Below are positions 44,102 to 55,721 of a stretch of 64,000 nt of DNA, one piece after another (the stretch's first letter is position 1; each line of letters starts with the position of its first letter). A program made the position numbers and the translations under genes. The notes beneath the pieces are model-generated. The model was not told where the DNA came from and searched no databases. It was given only the letters and a program-made list of their open reading frames with translations. The stretch covers positions 6,257-70,256 of the forward strand of contig DATJEL010000108.1 in assembly GCA_035496675.1 (NCBI GenBank), in the 5' to 3' direction. Source of the stretch: Terriglobales bacterium (GTDB taxonomy: Bacteria; Acidobacteriota; Terriglobia; Terriglobales; Acidobacteriaceae).

Positions 44102-44332
44102 GATAAGGGAAAGCTGATTCTACTTGCGTTCACTTAGGATGGACAGCTCCCAAGAAGAAGGCCGGCTGAAGCCCGCCGAGGGGGGACCTCAAGCAGATTA
44201 TGAATTCCTTGTAACCGTGAATGCATCTTAAACAGCTGGGAAGGCAGACCATCAGCGCCCTGAAATTGATACACTGGAATACTTCGCCAGCCGTCCGGCC
44301 TCTAACCTGTAAGACTCGGGAGATATGTCCAA

Positions 44333-46414
44333 ATGGCGGTAAGTGATCAGGCAGTCCTCACAGGGAAACAGATCGAAACCCTGAGCATTAATACCATTCG
44401 TACTCTGTCGATTGATGCCGTGCAGAAGGCCAACTCCGGCCATCCCGGCGCGCCCATGGCCCTCGCCCCGGTTGCCTATGTCTTATGGCAACAGTTCCTG
44501 CGTTACGATCCAGCGAATCCGGTATGGCCCAATCGCGACCGCTTCGTTTTGTCGAACGGGCACGCTTCGATGTTGCTGTATTCCATGCTTTACCTGACCG
44601 CAGTGAGGGCCGTCGATTCAGAATACAAGGTCGAAACCCGGCCAGCGCTTACGCTCGACGACATCAAGAGCTTTCGCCAGCTGGATAGCAAGACCCCCGG
44701 ACATCCGGAGTATCGGATCACATCGGGCGTCGAAACCACGACCGGGCCGCTAGGCCAGGGCATCGGAAACAGCGTGGGAATGGCGATCGCGGGTAAGTGG
44801 CTGTCCGCAAATTACAACCGTCCCGGGTTTGCGATCTTCGATTACAACGTATACACGTTCTGCGGCGATGGCGACATGATGGAAGGCGTGGGCGCGGAAG
44901 CGGCTTCGCTCGCCGGACATCTGAAATTGTCGAATCTCTGCTGGCTGTACGACGCGAACCACATCACCTTGGACGGTCCCGCAAGCTGGTCTTTCAGCGA
45001 GGACGTTGCGACTCGCTTTCTCGGTTATGGCTGGAATGTCGTTCATGTTCCCGACGCCAATGACCTGGAGGCGGTCGGAAATGGAATCCGAGAATTTCAC
45101 CGGACTAACGATCGCCCAACGTTGATCATTGTCAACAGCCATATTGGCTACGGCGCGCCGAAGAAGCAGGACACCAATGCCGCGCACGGTGAACCGCTGG
45201 GCGAAGAAGAGGTTCGCGCTGCCAAGAAATTCTACGGCTGGCCGGAGGACGCGCAGTTTCTCGTTCCCGATGGAGTCCTCGAGCATTTTCGCGATGGCAT
45301 CGGGCGGCGCGGACGGGAGCTCAGTTCCAAATGGTACGAGCTATTTGGAAAATATGGCCAGCAGTTCTCCAGTCTCGCAGACCACATTGACCGCATGCAG
45401 CGGCGCGAACTCCCGGAAGGCTGGGACAAGAACCTCCCCACCTTTCCTCCGGACGGGAAAGGCGTGGCGACGCGGGAAAGTTCGGGCAAGGCCCTAAATG
45501 CCTTCGCGCAGAATATTCCCTGGCTGCTCGGCGGATCCGCCGACCTGGCAACTTCTAATAAGACCACGTTGAAGTTCGAGGGTGCCGGGGATTTCCAGGC
45601 CGGAAATTACTCGGGGCGAAATTTGCATTTCGGTGTTCGCGAGCACGGGATGGCTGCAGCCCTCAATGGCATGGCGCTTTCGAGGCTTCGGGTCTTCGGA
45701 GGCACGTTCTTCAACTTCACCGACTACATGCGGCCTTCCATGCGTCTGGCTGCGGTCATGGAAATCCCGGTAATTTACGTTCTGACACATGATTCCATTG
45801 GATTGGGCGAAGACGGTCCGACGCATCAGCCGGTCGAACAACTTGCCTCCCTGCGCGCCATGCCGGGAATGGTGGTCATGCGTCCAGGGGATGCGAACGA
45901 AGTCGTCGAGGCCTGGAAAGCCACGCTCGAGATGAAGCACGAACCGGTTTCCATGGTTTTGACGCGACAGGCTTTGCCCACCTTGGATCGCAACAAGTAT
46001 GCCTCGGCGACCGGCGTGGCAAAGGGCGGATATGTGCTCGGCGATTCGCAGGGCAAGCCGGACCTGATCTTAATCGGCACCGGCAGCGAGTTGTCCCTGT
46101 GTGTTGCCGCCTACGAGAAGCTGACGGCAGAGGGTATCCGGGTGCGCGTTGTCAGCCTGCCGTCATGGGAGCTGTTCGAGAAACAAACCCAGGCCTACCG
46201 GGACAGCGTTCTGCCGCCGGATGTACGGGCAAGGGTTTCGGTTGAGGCTGGCTCAGTGTTTGGATGGGAGCGGTACGTGGGACTGGATGGCGCAATCTTA
46301 GGGATGACGACATTTGGCGCCTCGGCTCCCGCCAAAGAACTGTTCAAGAAGTACGGCTTCACCGTCGAACATGTGCTCGAAGCCGCCAGAGGAGTTCTGG
46401 CAAGGAAAAAATAG
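44333..46414 (+). CDS. tkt: Transketolase
   Basis: NTIRTLSIDAVQKANSGHPGAPMALAP, GDGDMMEGV (ThDP/Mg site) and THDSIGLGEDGPTHQP motifs. Confidence 0.95.
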   Translation: MAVSDQAVLTGKQIETLSINTIRTLSIDAVQKANSGHPGAPMALAPVAYVLWQQFLRYDPANPVWPNRDRFVLSNGHASMLLYSMLYLTAVRAVDSEYKVETRPALTLDDIKSFRQLDSKTPGHPEYRITSGVETTTGPLGQGIGNSVGMAIAGKWLSANYNRPGFAIFDYNVYTFCGDGDMMEGVGAEAASLAGHLKLSNLCWLYDANHITLDGPASWSFSEDVATRFLGYGWNVVHVPDANDLEAVGNGIREFHRTNDRPTLIIVNSHIGYGAPKKQDTNAAHGEPLGEEEVRAAKKFYGWPEDAQFLVPDGVLEHFRDGIGRRGRELSSKWYELFGKYGQQFSSLADHIDRMQRRELPEGWDKNLPTFPPDGKGVATRESSGKALNAFAQNIPWLLGGSADLATSNKTTLKFEGAGDFQAGNYSGRNLHFGVREHGMAAALNGMALSRLRVFGGTFFNFTDYMRPSMRLAAVMEIPVIYVLTHDSIGLGEDGPTHQPVEQLASLRAMPGMVVMRPGDANEVVEAWKATLEMKHEPVSMVLTRQALPTLDRNKYASATGVAKGGYVLGDSQGKPDLILIGTGSELSLCVAAYEKLTAEGIRVRVVSLPSWELFEKQTQAYRDSVLPPDVRARVSVEAGSVFGWERYVGLDGAILGMTTFGASAPAKELFKKYGFTVEHVLEAARGVLARKK

Positions 46415-46496
46415 CCGCTTGCTTTCTGTCACGTCGTGCCCAGGGGGATTACGTCAGGACAGCAAAGCCAGAGGCCACTGCGAATACGAGGTTCAT

Positions 46497-47654
46497 ATGC
46501 AACCCACCGGAGTGCTAGAAACTGCGAAAGCTACGAATCCACTGAAAGATCTGCTGAAGTTTGGTCAGTCCGTCTGGCTGGACTATATTCGACGCGATTT
46601 GATCACGAGCGGCGAACTAAAGCGGCTCATCGAAGAAGACGGCCTACGCGGCATGACGTCGAATCCTGCCATCTTCGAGAAGGCAATCGTCGGCAGCGAG
46701 GATTATGCCGATATTCTCGCCACCCTGAAGGGCCGCAAGGATCTCGATGCCAAAGGGAAGTTCGAAGTCATTGCCATTCGCGACATTCAAGACGCAACCG
46801 ACCTGTTGCGGCCCGTCTACGACGAATCGAAGTGGAGCGACGGTTACGTCAGCCTGGAGGTTTCCCCTCACCTGGCTCGCGACACACAACGCACTCTCGA
46901 AGAAGCCAGGCGCTTGTGGCAGGCCGTTAACCGTCCTAACCTGATGATTAAAGTTCCCGGCACAAAGGAAGGCATCCCGGCCTTCGAGCAACTGACGAGC
47001 GAAGGCATCAATGTCAACGTCACCCTGCTCTTCTCCCAGGAAGTTTACGAGCAGGTGGCCAAGGCTTACATCCGAGGGCTCGAGAAGTTTGCGGCGAGCG
47101 GCGGCAATCTAAAACGGGTTGCGAGCGTTGCCAGTTTCTTTGTCAGTCGAATCGACAATTCGGTGGATGCAGAAGCCAGCAACCGTCTGAAGGCGGAGAA
47201 AGATCCTGCAACGGCAGAGAAGCTCAAGAGCGTGGTGGGAAAAGTAGCGATCGCAAATGCCAAGCTCGCCTATCAGCGCTATCGGAAGATCTTTTCCGGT
47301 CCGGCCTGGGACAAGCTGAAATCGCAAGGCGGAAGAGCGCAGCGCGTGCTATGGGCCAGCACCAGCACGAAGAATCCCTCTTACCCCGACATCCTGTATG
47401 TCCAAGAGTTGATTGGGCCGGACACCGTGAACACCATTCCCCCGGCGACGTTCGATGCTTTCCGCGATCACGGTGTGCCGCGGGAGACGCTGACTGAGGA
47501 TATCGAAGGGGCCGGCGAGACCATGAAGACTCTGTCCGAAGTCGGTATTTCTATCCGTCAAGTCACCGACAAACTTACCGATGACGGTGTGCGGCTGTTC
47601 GAAGAGGCATTCGACAAGCTACTGGCGGCAGTGGAGAAGAGCACCCAAGCATGA
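46497..47654 (+). CDS. tal: Transaldolase (long, type-2 form)
   Basis: GQSVWLDYIRRDL, GMTSNPAIFEKAI and MIKVPGT (Schiff-base Lys) motifs. The start is taken at the ATG after the tkt stop. Confidence 0.9.
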   Translation: MQPTGVLETAKATNPLKDLLKFGQSVWLDYIRRDLITSGELKRLIEEDGLRGMTSNPAIFEKAIVGSEDYADILATLKGRKDLDAKGKFEVIAIRDIQDATDLLRPVYDESKWSDGYVSLEVSPHLARDTQRTLEEARRLWQAVNRPNLMIKVPGTKEGIPAFEQLTSEGINVNVTLLFSQEVYEQVAKAYIRGLEKFAASGGNLKRVASVASFFVSRIDNSVDAEASNRLKAEKDPATAEKLKSVVGKVAIANAKLAYQRYRKIFSGPAWDKLKSQGGRAQRVLWASTSTKNPSYPDILYVQELIGPDTVNTIPPATFDAFRDHGVPRETLTEDIEGAGETMKTLSEVGISIRQVTDKLTDDGVRLFEEAFDKLLAAVEKSTQA

Positions 47655-49354
47655 GCGGGAACGAAAGCTACATCCTGCCAGCTGCTTTGAGAAAGCAGCT
47701 TACCGACGCCGTCGCCGACTGGACCCATCACGACAAGGTGAGTCGCCTTTGGCAACGCGACGCCTCTTTGTGGACGAACTCCGACGAGGCCGAGTGGCTT
47801 GGCTGGTTGGATATTGTCGAGAAGCAACTGGCGGACACTCGGACCTTTGAGAAATTGTCAGAGGACATTCGCCAGCAGAACTTCTCCGACATTCTCCTGC
47901 TCGGCATGGGCGGCTCAAGCCTCTGCCCGGAGGTCCTGGAGAAGACCTACGGGCGGATCGATGGTTTTCCTCGCCTTCGCGTCCTCGATTCCACCGATCC
48001 GCAACAGATAAAAGCCTTTGAAGATTCGATCGATCTGCAGCGAACGTTATTTATCGTTTCTAGCAAGTCGGGTAGCACGCTCGAGCCGAATATCTTCAAG
48101 AAGTATTTCTTTGAAGGCACAAAGCAGACCGTCGGTCCAGAGAAAGCTGGCAGCCGCTGGATCGCAATCACCGATCCCGGATCGAAGCTCGAGGCCGAAG
48201 CGCAGGCCGACCACTTCCGTCATATCTTCCACGGGGTACCAAGCATCGGCGGCCGCTACTCGGCGCTTTCCAATTTCGGCATTGTGCCAGCAGCGGCTAT
48301 GGGACTGAATGTCTCCAAGCTGCTCTCTCAGGCGCAACGGATGGTGAAGGCGTGCGCTCTCGATGTTTCTGAAAACCCCGGCGTAATGCTTGGCCTCATT
48401 CTCGGCTCGGCTGCCAAGATCGGCCGCGGCAAGCTGACGATAGTGGCGTCCCCTGCGATCTACGACCTCGGCGCCTGGCTCGAGCAGTTGATCGCCGAGT
48501 CCACTGGGAAACAGGGCAGAGGGATCATCCCGGTCGATCGCGAGGAACTTACCGGTCCTAAGGGCTACGGAGATGACCGCGTATTCGCGTACCTTCGCTT
48601 CGAGCCCGCGCCAGATTCCAATCAGGATGAGCATCTCCGGGCGCTTGAAGCCGCTGGCCACCCGGTGATTCGGATTTCGGTGAAGGACATCTACGATCTC
48701 CCGCAGGAATTCTTCCGCTGGGAGATCGCGACCGCGGTTGCCGGCTCCGTGCTTGGAATCAATGCCTTCAACCAGCCCGATGTTGAAGCGAGCAAGGTTG
48801 AGACGCGCAAGCTCACGAGCGAGTACGAAAAGTCCGGTTCTCTGCCTAGGGAAAAGCCGATCTTCGAACAAGCGGGTATCCAGTTGTTTGCCGATCCAAG
48901 GAATGCAAGCGAGGTGAACCGCGGGAACCTTGCCGGGCACCTCAAGGCCCACCTCGATCGCATCCAGCCCGCCGACTACTTTGCCGTGCTTGCCTACATT
49001 CAGATGAACGAGGAACACGAAGCTCGTCTGCAGGAGATTCGGCACGCGGTCCGCGATGCCAAGCAGGTAGCTACCTGCCTCGGTTTTGGCCCGCGCTTCC
49101 TGCATTCGACCGGACAGGCGTACAAAGGCGGCCCTAATGATGGGGTTTTTTTGCAGATCACTTGTGACGACATCCAGGATTTGCCCGTGCCTGGGGCAAG
49201 CTACACCTTTGGCGTGGTGAAGGCAGCGCAGGCCCGCGGGGATTTCCAGGTCCTGGCCGACCGCGGACGCAGAGCGCTCCGGGTACACCTGGGCAAGGAT
49301 GTGGAAGTTGGACTCTCGGAAATGCTCGACATCATCGCCGATGCAGTGATGTAA
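47651..49354 (+). CDS. pgi: Glucose-6-phosphate isomerase
   Basis: [27 protein letters not shown] and [19 protein letters not shown] motifs. ATGA overlap with tal. Confidence 0.88.
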   Translation: MSGNESYILPAALRKQLTDAVADWTHHDKVSRLWQRDASLWTNSDEAEWLGWLDIVEKQLADTRTFEKLSEDIRQQNFSDILLLGMGGSSLCPEVLEKTYGRIDGFPRLRVLDSTDPQQIKAFEDSIDLQRTLFIVSSKSGSTLEPNIFKKYFFEGTKQTVGPEKAGSRWIAITDPGSKLEAEAQADHFRHIFHGVPSIGGRYSALSNFGIVPAAAMGLNVSKLLSQAQRMVKACALDVSENPGVMLGLILGSAAKIGRGKLTIVASPAIYDLGAWLEQLIAESTGKQGRGIIPVDREELTGPKGYGDDRVFAYLRFEPAPDSNQDEHLRALEAAGHPVIRISVKDIYDLPQEFFRWEIATAVAGSVLGINAFNQPDVEASKVETRKLTSEYEKSGSLPREKPIFEQAGIQLFADPRNASEVNRGNLAGHLKAHLDRIQPADYFAVLAYIQMNEEHEARLQEIRHAVRDAKQVATCLGFGPRFLHSTGQAYKGGPNDGVFLQITCDDIQDLPVPGASYTFGVVKAAQARGDFQVLADRGRRALRVHLGKDVEVGLSEMLDIIADAVM

Positions 49355-49389
49355 CCGACAATTCTGTTGTGGAATTTGGAAGGAGCCGT

Positions 49390-50385
49390 ATGCGTCTGGG
49401 AATGGTGGGTCTTGGGCGGATGGGCGCCAATATGGCGCGACGCCTCATGCGCGGCGGTCACGAAGTTGTGGTCACGGATCTGAGCGCCGACGCCGTCAAG
49501 GGCATGGCCGGCGAAGGTGCGATCGCTTCTTCTTCGCTGGAGGACTTTGTCACTAAGCTTGGGTCTCCACGCATTGCGTGGCTCATGGTCCCTGCCGGGG
49601 GTCCGACCGAGTCTTCGGTTCAGGCGCTCGCCCTGAAGTTTGATCCCGGTGACATTCTGATCGACGGCGGCAACTCTTACTTCAAAGACGACATTCGACG
49701 CTCACAGATTCTTGTAGGCAAAGGCATTCACTACGTGGACGTGGGCACGAGCGGAGGGGTTTGGGGGCTCGAGCGGGGCTATTGCATGATGATCGGGGGT
49801 CCGAAGGAAGCGTTTCAGCAGCTGGATCCGATTTTCAAGACGCTCGCTCCCGGGCGGGGAAATATTGTCCGCACTCCCGGCCGCGAAAAAATGCCAGGCA
49901 CGGCAGAGGAGGGCTACATTTACTGCGGGCCTTCGGGTGCCGGCCATTTCGTGAAGATGGTGCATAACGGCATCGAATACGGGATCATGCAGGCATACGC
50001 GGAGGGTTTTGACATCTTCCGGAACGCGAACAAGCTCGAGTTACCCGGCGAGCAACGATACGATCTGAACCTGGCGGATATTGCCGAGGTATGGCGGCGC
50101 GGCAGCGTGGTGAGTTCCTGGCTGCTGGATCTGACCGCCATGGCGCTGGCGGAAAATCCTACGCTTGCGGAATATTCCGGGTTCGTGCAGGATTCGGGCG
50201 AAGGGCGCTGGACCATTGAAGCCGCCATCGACGAAGCCGTACCGGTTGACGTGCTCTCGGCGGCGCTGTTCGTACGTTTTCGTTCCCGCCAGGAACATAC
50301 GTTTGCGGAGAAGATGCTGTCGGCAATGCGCCAGAAGTTTGGTGGTCATGTCGAACCAGGACTGGCCGGTAAAAAAACCGCCTGA
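49390..50385 (+). CDS. gnd: 6-phosphogluconate dehydrogenase, decarboxylating (short Gnd/YqeC-like form)
   Basis: [19 protein letters not shown] Rossmann start and [16 protein letters not shown]. The ATG at 49390 is preceded by GGAAGGAG. Confidence 0.88.
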   Translation: MRLGMVGLGRMGANMARRLMRGGHEVVVTDLSADAVKGMAGEGAIASSSLEDFVTKLGSPRIAWLMVPAGGPTESSVQALALKFDPGDILIDGGNSYFKDDIRRSQILVGKGIHYVDVGTSGGVWGLERGYCMMIGGPKEAFQQLDPIFKTLAPGRGNIVRTPGREKMPGTAEEGYIYCGPSGAGHFVKMVHNGIEYGIMQAYAEGFDIFRNANKLELPGEQRYDLNLADIAEVWRRGSVVSSWLLDLTAMALAENPTLAEYSGFVQDSGEGRWTIEAAIDEAVPVDVLSAALFVRFRSRQEHTFAEKMLSAMRQKFGGHVEPGLAGKKTA

Positions 50386-50399
50386 GGGAGAAACGGTTC

Positions 50400-51941
50400 A
50401 TGGCACAAGCAGACGTCATGCCTCGCACTCAGCAGCGCACCTCCGGCCGCCCCGGCGACCCCTGCATCATGGTGATCTTCGGCGCTGCCGGCGACCTCAC
50501 GCAGCGCAAACTCATTCCTGCCCTCTATAACCTCGCCAAGGTGGATTTGCTGCCGCGGGAGTTTGCCATTCTGGGCGTGGCCCACAATTCAATGTCGGAT
50601 GATGAATTCCGCAAGAAGCTCACCGCCGACATCGCGCATTATGCCGGCAGAGAAGTAGACTCAGAGATCTGGGAGTGGTTCCAGCAGCGGCTTTACTATC
50701 TCACCGCGGAGTTTGACGACAAGAACACTTATGCGCAACTGAAATCCAAGCTGGAGGCCCTCGACCGAGAGCACAACACCCGCGGCAACTTCTTTTTCTA
50801 CCTTGCCACCGCGCCCAGCTTTTTCGGACCGGTGGTCGAGCAGCTGGCAGCCGCCGGACTCATGCAGGAAAAGGACCACTACTGGCGGCGGGTCATTGTC
50901 GAGAAGCCCTTCGGTCACGACATTGATTCTGCCCGTTTGCTCAATAAGCGGCTGCTAGCGGTTGCCGACGAAAAACAGATTTACCGGATTGACCACTATC
51001 TCGGGAAAGAAACCGTCCAAAACATTTTGGCATTCCGTTTCGCGAATGGAATTTTCGAGCCAATCTGGAACCGACGCTACATCGACCACATTCAAATCTC
51101 GGTTGCCGAAACCGTCGGGGTTGAGCAACGCGGCAGCTACTACGATTCTGCCGGAGCCCTGCGCGACATGGTCCCAAACCACATCATGCAGCTCATCAGC
51201 CTTACCGCCATGGAACCCCCGGTCTCATTCGAGGCGAATGCCGTCCGCGACGAACAGGCCAAGGTTCTTCATGCCATTCAGCCCTTGAGTTCCGAAGAGG
51301 TTCTAACCAAAACCGTTCGTGGACAGTATGGCCCCGGCATCGAGGGTGCCCAGCGAGTTCCGGGATATCGTCAAGAGGCTGATGTTCCGCCAGATTCCCG
51401 CACCGAAACCTTTGTCGCGATGAAGCTGGCCATCGACAACTGGCGTTGGGCCGATGTTCCCTTCTATTTGCGTACCGGTAAACGATTAGCCGCGCAAAAT
51501 ACCCACATCACCATCCAGTTTCGCCGCGCGCCGCTTGTGCTATTCCGCGACACCCCGGTGGACACGCTGATGCCGAACCAGCTGGTCCTTCACATTCAGC
51601 CGGAGGAAGGCATCTCACTTCAATTTGCCGCCAAAGTTCCTGGGCCGATCATGCGTCTGGGCGCGGTGGACATGAATTTCGAGTATGCTGATTATTTCGG
51701 CACGCAGCCGAGCACCGGCTATGAGCGCCTGTTGCACGATTGCATGATCGGCGATGCCACCCTTTTCCAGCGCGCCGACATGGTCGAGGCAGGATGGTGC
51801 GTAGTCAGCCCGGCGCTTGACGTGTGGAAGGCTCTGCCTCCGCGTAACTTCCCCAATTATCCGGCAGGAAGCTGGGGACCGCGGGAAGCGGACGAACTGC
51901 TTGAGCGCGACGGCCGGCACTGGAGGAATTTCGAGAAATGA
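50400..51941 (+). CDS. zwf: Glucose-6-phosphate 1-dehydrogenase
   Basis: [22 protein letters not shown] and [10 protein letters not shown] motifs. Confidence 0.95.
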   Translation: MAQADVMPRTQQRTSGRPGDPCIMVIFGAAGDLTQRKLIPALYNLAKVDLLPREFAILGVAHNSMSDDEFRKKLTADIAHYAGREVDSEIWEWFQQRLYYLTAEFDDKNTYAQLKSKLEALDREHNTRGNFFFYLATAPSFFGPVVEQLAAAGLMQEKDHYWRRVIVEKPFGHDIDSARLLNKRLLAVADEKQIYRIDHYLGKETVQNILAFRFANGIFEPIWNRRYIDHIQISVAETVGVEQRGSYYDSAGALRDMVPNHIMQLISLTAMEPPVSFEANAVRDEQAKVLHAIQPLSSEEVLTKTVRGQYGPGIEGAQRVPGYRQEADVPPDSRTETFVAMKLAIDNWRWADVPFYLRTGKRLAAQNTHITIQFRRAPLVLFRDTPVDTLMPNQLVLHIQPEEGISLQFAAKVPGPIMRLGAVDMNFEYADYFGTQPSTGYERLLHDCMIGDATLFQRADMVEAGWCVVSPALDVWKALPPRNFPNYPAGSWGPREADELLERDGRHWRNFEK

Positions 51942-52930
51942 TCTTGGCGGGCGACATCGGCGGCACGAACGCGCGCCTGGCACTTTTTGACGTCGAGAAC
52001 CATGAGTTCAAGCTTCAACAACTCTCCATTTTCCCCAGCCGTCACTATGCCGGACTAGATCAGATTGTTGCGGAATTTGTGCGCAACGCCAAGGTTCATC
52101 CCACGCGAGCATGCTTTGGGATCGCCGGACCGGTCAACAACGGCCGGGTGGAAGCCTCGAATCTTCCCTGGATCATCGAATCTAGTCGCCTGGCTGAAGA
52201 ATTGAAGCTCAGCAAGGCCGTCCTCATCAATGATCTGGAGGCGACCGGCTGGGGGATCGGAGCGCTTTGTTCGAACGACCTCGTGCCGCTCAACAACGTG
52301 GTCTCCATTACCGGGTTGGCCAGCGGGAACCAGGCAGTCATTGCTGCCGGCACCGGGCTCGGCGAGGGAGGTCTCTACTGGGACGGCACGCGACACCACG
52401 TTTTCGCCTCCGAAGGGGGCCATTGCGATTTCGCGCCGGAAGACGATGTGCAGCTTGAGCTCTACAAGTACTTGCGCGTCCGCCATGGCCACGTCAGTTA
52501 TGAGCGGGTGCTGTCCGGGCCCGGGCTGATCAATATCTTCGAATTCCTTCGCGACAGCGGCCGGGGCAAGCCACCGGACTGGCTGGTGGCGGAGATGGTG
52601 GAAAAAGACGCGGCCGCAACCATCTCGAATGCGGCGCTTGAGGGCCAGTGCGCAATGTGCGAGCAGGCTCTGGATATTTTCGTTTCGGTTTTCGGTGCCG
52701 AGGCGGGGAACCTGGCGTTGAAACTTAAATCGACCGGCGGTGTTTTCTTGGCCGGCGGGATTGCGCCGAAGATCCTGCCGAAGCTGGCCACTCCCCTGTT
52801 CCTTGAGGCCTTCCTGGCAAAAGGGCGGTTACGTCATCTGATGGAAATCATCCCCATTCAGGTCATCACCAACGACAAACTGGGTCTTTTGGGCGCCGCA
52901 CGTTGTGCGTCCCTGGAAGCCGCAGCCTGA
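51938..52930 (+). CDS. glk: Glucokinase
   Basis: [20 protein letters not shown]-binding start and a later [16 protein letters not shown] overlap with zwf. Confidence 0.88.
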   Translation: MILAGDIGGTNARLALFDVENHEFKLQQLSIFPSRHYAGLDQIVAEFVRNAKVHPTRACFGIAGPVNNGRVEASNLPWIIESSRLAEELKLSKAVLINDLEATGWGIGALCSNDLVPLNNVVSITGLASGNQAVIAAGTGLGEGGLYWDGTRHHVFASEGGHCDFAPEDDVQLELYKYLRVRHGHVSYERVLSGPGLINIFEFLRDSGRGKPPDWLVAEMVEKDAAATISNAALEGQCAMCEQALDIFVSVFGAEAGNLALKLKSTGGVFLAGGIAPKILPKLATPLFLEAFLAKGRLRHLMEIIPIQVITNDKLGLLGAARCASLEAAA

Positions 52931-52934
52931 GTTC

Positions 52935-53669
52935 ATGCCTTCAGATCCCGAGATTCTCGTCTTTCCATCGACCGGGGAACTATTTCACGCCGCGGCAGAA
53001 AAATTTTGCGAGATCGGCAAAGAGGCAATCCGGGAACACGGGCGTTACACGGTTGCGCTCTCCGGCGGCTCAACCCCAAAGGGACTGCATCAGCAGCTTC
53101 GAACCACCTTCTCTCAAGCATTGCCCTGGGAGAGAGTTTTCTTCTTTTGGGGGGACGAGCGCCATGTTCCACCCGACTTTCCGGAGAGCAATTACCGGAT
53201 GGCGAAAGAGACATTGCTTTCAAAGCTCCCGGTTTCGGCGGGAAACATCTTCCGAATGCCCGGCGAGATTCCCGATGCGAATCAGGCGGCCGGCATGTAC
53301 GAGCAGTGTTTGAGCGAGTTTTTTTGCCCCGCCCCGGGGCACTTCCCTCGTCTTGACTTCATCCTTCTCGGAATTGGGCCGGAGGGCCATACCGCCTCCC
53401 TGTTTCCCGAAACCGCCGCACTCCAGGAGAACCAGCGCTTCGTGGTTGGAAACTACGTCGCAGTGCACAGCACCTGGCGAATCACCTGTACCTATCCGGT
53501 GCTGAATAACGGCGCCAGGGTCATGTTCCTGGTCGAAGGTGCCGGGAAAGCGGATATCGTCCATACCGCATTGCGGGATCCTTCGGCGAATCTTCCATGC
53601 CAGGCAGTCAGACCCATCCAAGGAAGGCTGATGTGGTACCTCGACCAGGCGGCCGGCGCAAAGCTGTAG
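52935..53669 (+). CDS. pgl: 6-phosphogluconolactonase
   Basis: VALSGGSTPKGL, FFWGDERHVP and LLGIGPEGHTASLFP motifs. The start is 5 nt after the glk stop. Confidence 0.88.
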   Translation: MPSDPEILVFPSTGELFHAAAEKFCEIGKEAIREHGRYTVALSGGSTPKGLHQQLRTTFSQALPWERVFFFWGDERHVPPDFPESNYRMAKETLLSKLPVSAGNIFRMPGEIPDANQAAGMYEQCLSEFFCPAPGHFPRLDFILLGIGPEGHTASLFPETAALQENQRFVVGNYVAVHSTWRITCTYPVLNNGARVMFLVEGAGKADIVHTALRDPSANLPCQAVRPIQGRLMWYLDQAAGAKL

Positions 53670-53760
53670 GCCTCAAGAAAAGCACACGCTCTTTGCCTTG
53701 TTCCCACTTCTAGCTTAGACAACCTGGCCAGCCGAGGGTGATCGGTCGAGCTCTGGGAGC

Positions 53761-54576
53761 TCAAAATACCGGTGCCAGATTGTGCATCTTCTGGTAAAGC
53801 TTACGGTCCACGGTACGTAGTATTTCTTCCAAACTCGTTCCCGTAACGTAAGCGGCAAGTCCCCAGGCAAACGAGAGCTGATAGGCCTTCCCGTTCGTGG
53901 TGTTCCATTCGGCGACCATGCGCAACAGCCGCTGCAGAGGAAACTCGGCTTGAGTTTCAGTCGTGTCGGACATCACGATCAGGAACTCGTCGCCCCCTTG
54001 GCGGAAAATCAGGTCGCCTCCACGAAAAACATTCTTTAACATCTTCGCGAATTCCGTCAGAACCCGGTTCCCTTCCATATTGCCCAGCTTCGCATTCAAT
54101 TCGCAAAAATCGTTGATGTCCATGCTCAGGAAAGTCAGGGGTTCGCCATTGCGGTTGGCGCGTGCCAGCTGATGCGAGATCAGTTCGTTCAGCGCCCGCC
54201 GGTTCAGCAGTTGCGTCAATGGATCGATGAGAGAGAGGCTCTCCAGCCGCTCGTTCAGGACCAGTTCACCGATCAGCGCCTTGCGCGTCGAGTTCAGGTT
54301 CGCGCGCTGAGAAAGCAAATAGATGTTGCAGAGCACTACCAAACAAATGAGTCCGAAAAATAGCTGTGGCAGATAAGCCTGCCCCATTCGAAGCACCCGC
54401 TCTCCGCCGAGGCTGGGGGCGATCAGCGCCACGAATCCACCCGTCAGCACCAGAACGATCAGGCTCGCAATCGACCAAAGTTGCAGATCGCGGCTGGAAA
54501 GCAAGTGGATTTGGCGTTGGATCTCCTCCGCCCGTGCCAGCATGGACGGTTGTTGCTCTTGCATGACATGCGACAT
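53761..54576 (-). CDS. Membrane-anchored diguanylate cyclase (GGDEF)
   Basis: Two N-terminal TM helices, then DPLTQLLNRRAL...FLSMDINDF...RQGGDEFLIV. An RxxD I-site (RGGD) lies 5 residues before GGDEF. Confidence 0.85.
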   Translation of the reverse strand: MSHVMQEQQPSMLARAEEIQRQIHLLSSRDLQLWSIASLIVLVLTGGFVALIAPSLGGERVLRMGQAYLPQLFFGLICLVVLCNIYLLSQRANLNSTRKALIGELVLNERLESLSLIDPLTQLLNRRALNELISHQLARANRNGEPLTFLSMDINDFCELNAKLGNMEGNRVLTEFAKMLKNVFRGGDLIFRQGGDEFLIVMSDTTETQAEFPLQRLLRMVAEWNTTNGKAYQLSFAWGLAAYVTGTSLEEILRTVDRKLYQKMHNLAPVF

Positions 54577-54750
54577 CTCATCCCCCTAAGCGAACACGAC
54601 CGCGCCTGGATGCCACTTTTTCTCATGGTAGGTGGAGTGGCCGCGATTGGTGACGAAAACCCTACCGCCCGGGTTACCTTCGTAAGCTTCTCCGGTCTCC
54701 CCGCCCAGCCGGCGCTCGTTAGCGCCCGTCAGTGTGATTAAATCCATTGC

Positions 54751-55623
54751 GTGCGATTGAGCGAGGTTCTAAAGGCTGCAGTTCAAAGACTTAGCAGGGA
54801 CCAGGTTCCCTCTCCCCGAATGAACGCGGAGCTCCTGCTGATGTTCACGCTTGCCTGCGATCGCGCCTATCTTTACGGACATCCGGAGCGGGAACTTACA
54901 AGCGATGAACGCGCCCGATATGAGGAGGCGATCGCGCAACGAGCCACGGGAATCCCGGCGCAGTACATCACGGGACATCAGGAGTTTTGGGGCATGGACT
55001 TGATCGTGTCCCCTGCCGTGCTGATTCCCCGGCCCGAGACCGAGCACGTCGTCGAACGGGTTCTCGAAGTGGGGGCCGTCTGGAGGGGTGCCAAGAGCAC
55101 TCTCCACCGCGTTTCAGGGAGGCCGCGGTTGGCCGATGTAGGCACAGGTTCGGGCTGCATCGCACTGGCCCTTGCCAAGGAACTGGCGCAAGCCGAAATT
55201 CATGCAACCGACATTTCCTCAGGGGCACTGGAGATTGCACGCGTCAATGCTGCCCGTCTGAATCTGCAAAATCGGATTGCATTTCACCAAGCCGATCTGC
55301 TTGCCGGGATCGAGCCGCCCTTTGACCTGGTCGTCTCCAACCCTCCTTATGTAGGCTTCGGGGAGGAAGACCAGGTACAGCTTGAAGTTCGCAAATTTGA
55401 ACCGAGGGACGCGGTTTTTTCGGGCAAAACCGGACTAGAGGCGATCGAGCGCCTGGTACCTCAGGCATATGCAGCACTTGCCCCCAAAGGTTGGTTGGTC
55501 CTCGAGATGAGTGGGACCATCGCGGAGAGGGCCCGGAGACTGCTTGACGGCTGGACCAATCTGCAGGTGATGCCCGACCTGCAAGGCATACCGCGCGTCC
55601 TCTCCGCGCAAAAGCCGTCCTGA
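54751..55623 (+). CDS. prmC: Release factor glutamine N5-methyltransferase PrmC (HemK)
   Basis: IPAQYITGHQEFWG, LADVGTGSGCIALALA and VVSNPPYV (NPPY) motifs. GTG start. Confidence 0.9.
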   Translation: MRLSEVLKAAVQRLSRDQVPSPRMNAELLLMFTLACDRAYLYGHPERELTSDERARYEEAIAQRATGIPAQYITGHQEFWGMDLIVSPAVLIPRPETEHVVERVLEVGAVWRGAKSTLHRVSGRPRLADVGTGSGCIALALAKELAQAEIHATDISSGALEIARVNAARLNLQNRIAFHQADLLAGIEPPFDLVVSNPPYVGFGEEDQVQLEVRKFEPRDAVFSGKTGLEAIERLVPQAYAALAPKGWLVLEMSGTIAERARRLLDGWTNLQVMPDLQGIPRVLSAQKPS

Positions 55624-55721
55624 AGGACAGGCGCGGCTATCCCCGAAGTAACCTTCACCTGCCTGCTTTCCGGACTACACTTTATGCAAGCACCCTCCCC
55701 AAAGTGAGGTCTTGTTCGGGG

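Noticed and set aside
48047-49288. Very long antisense ORFs opposite bona fide genes: 413 aa opposite pgi here. Others are 9536-10471 opposite murF, 16755-17528 opposite rsmH/mraZ, 36358-37212 opposite selB, 43268-44062 opposite the NeuC-like gene, 56583-57530 opposite guaB and 58866-59723 opposite the cyclase.
   Set aside because: These are typical shadow ORFs of GC-rich coding DNA, where stop codons are rare in the complementary frame. Their translations are R/G/A/H-rich and match no family motifs. Each fully overlaps a gene with unambiguous conserved motifs.
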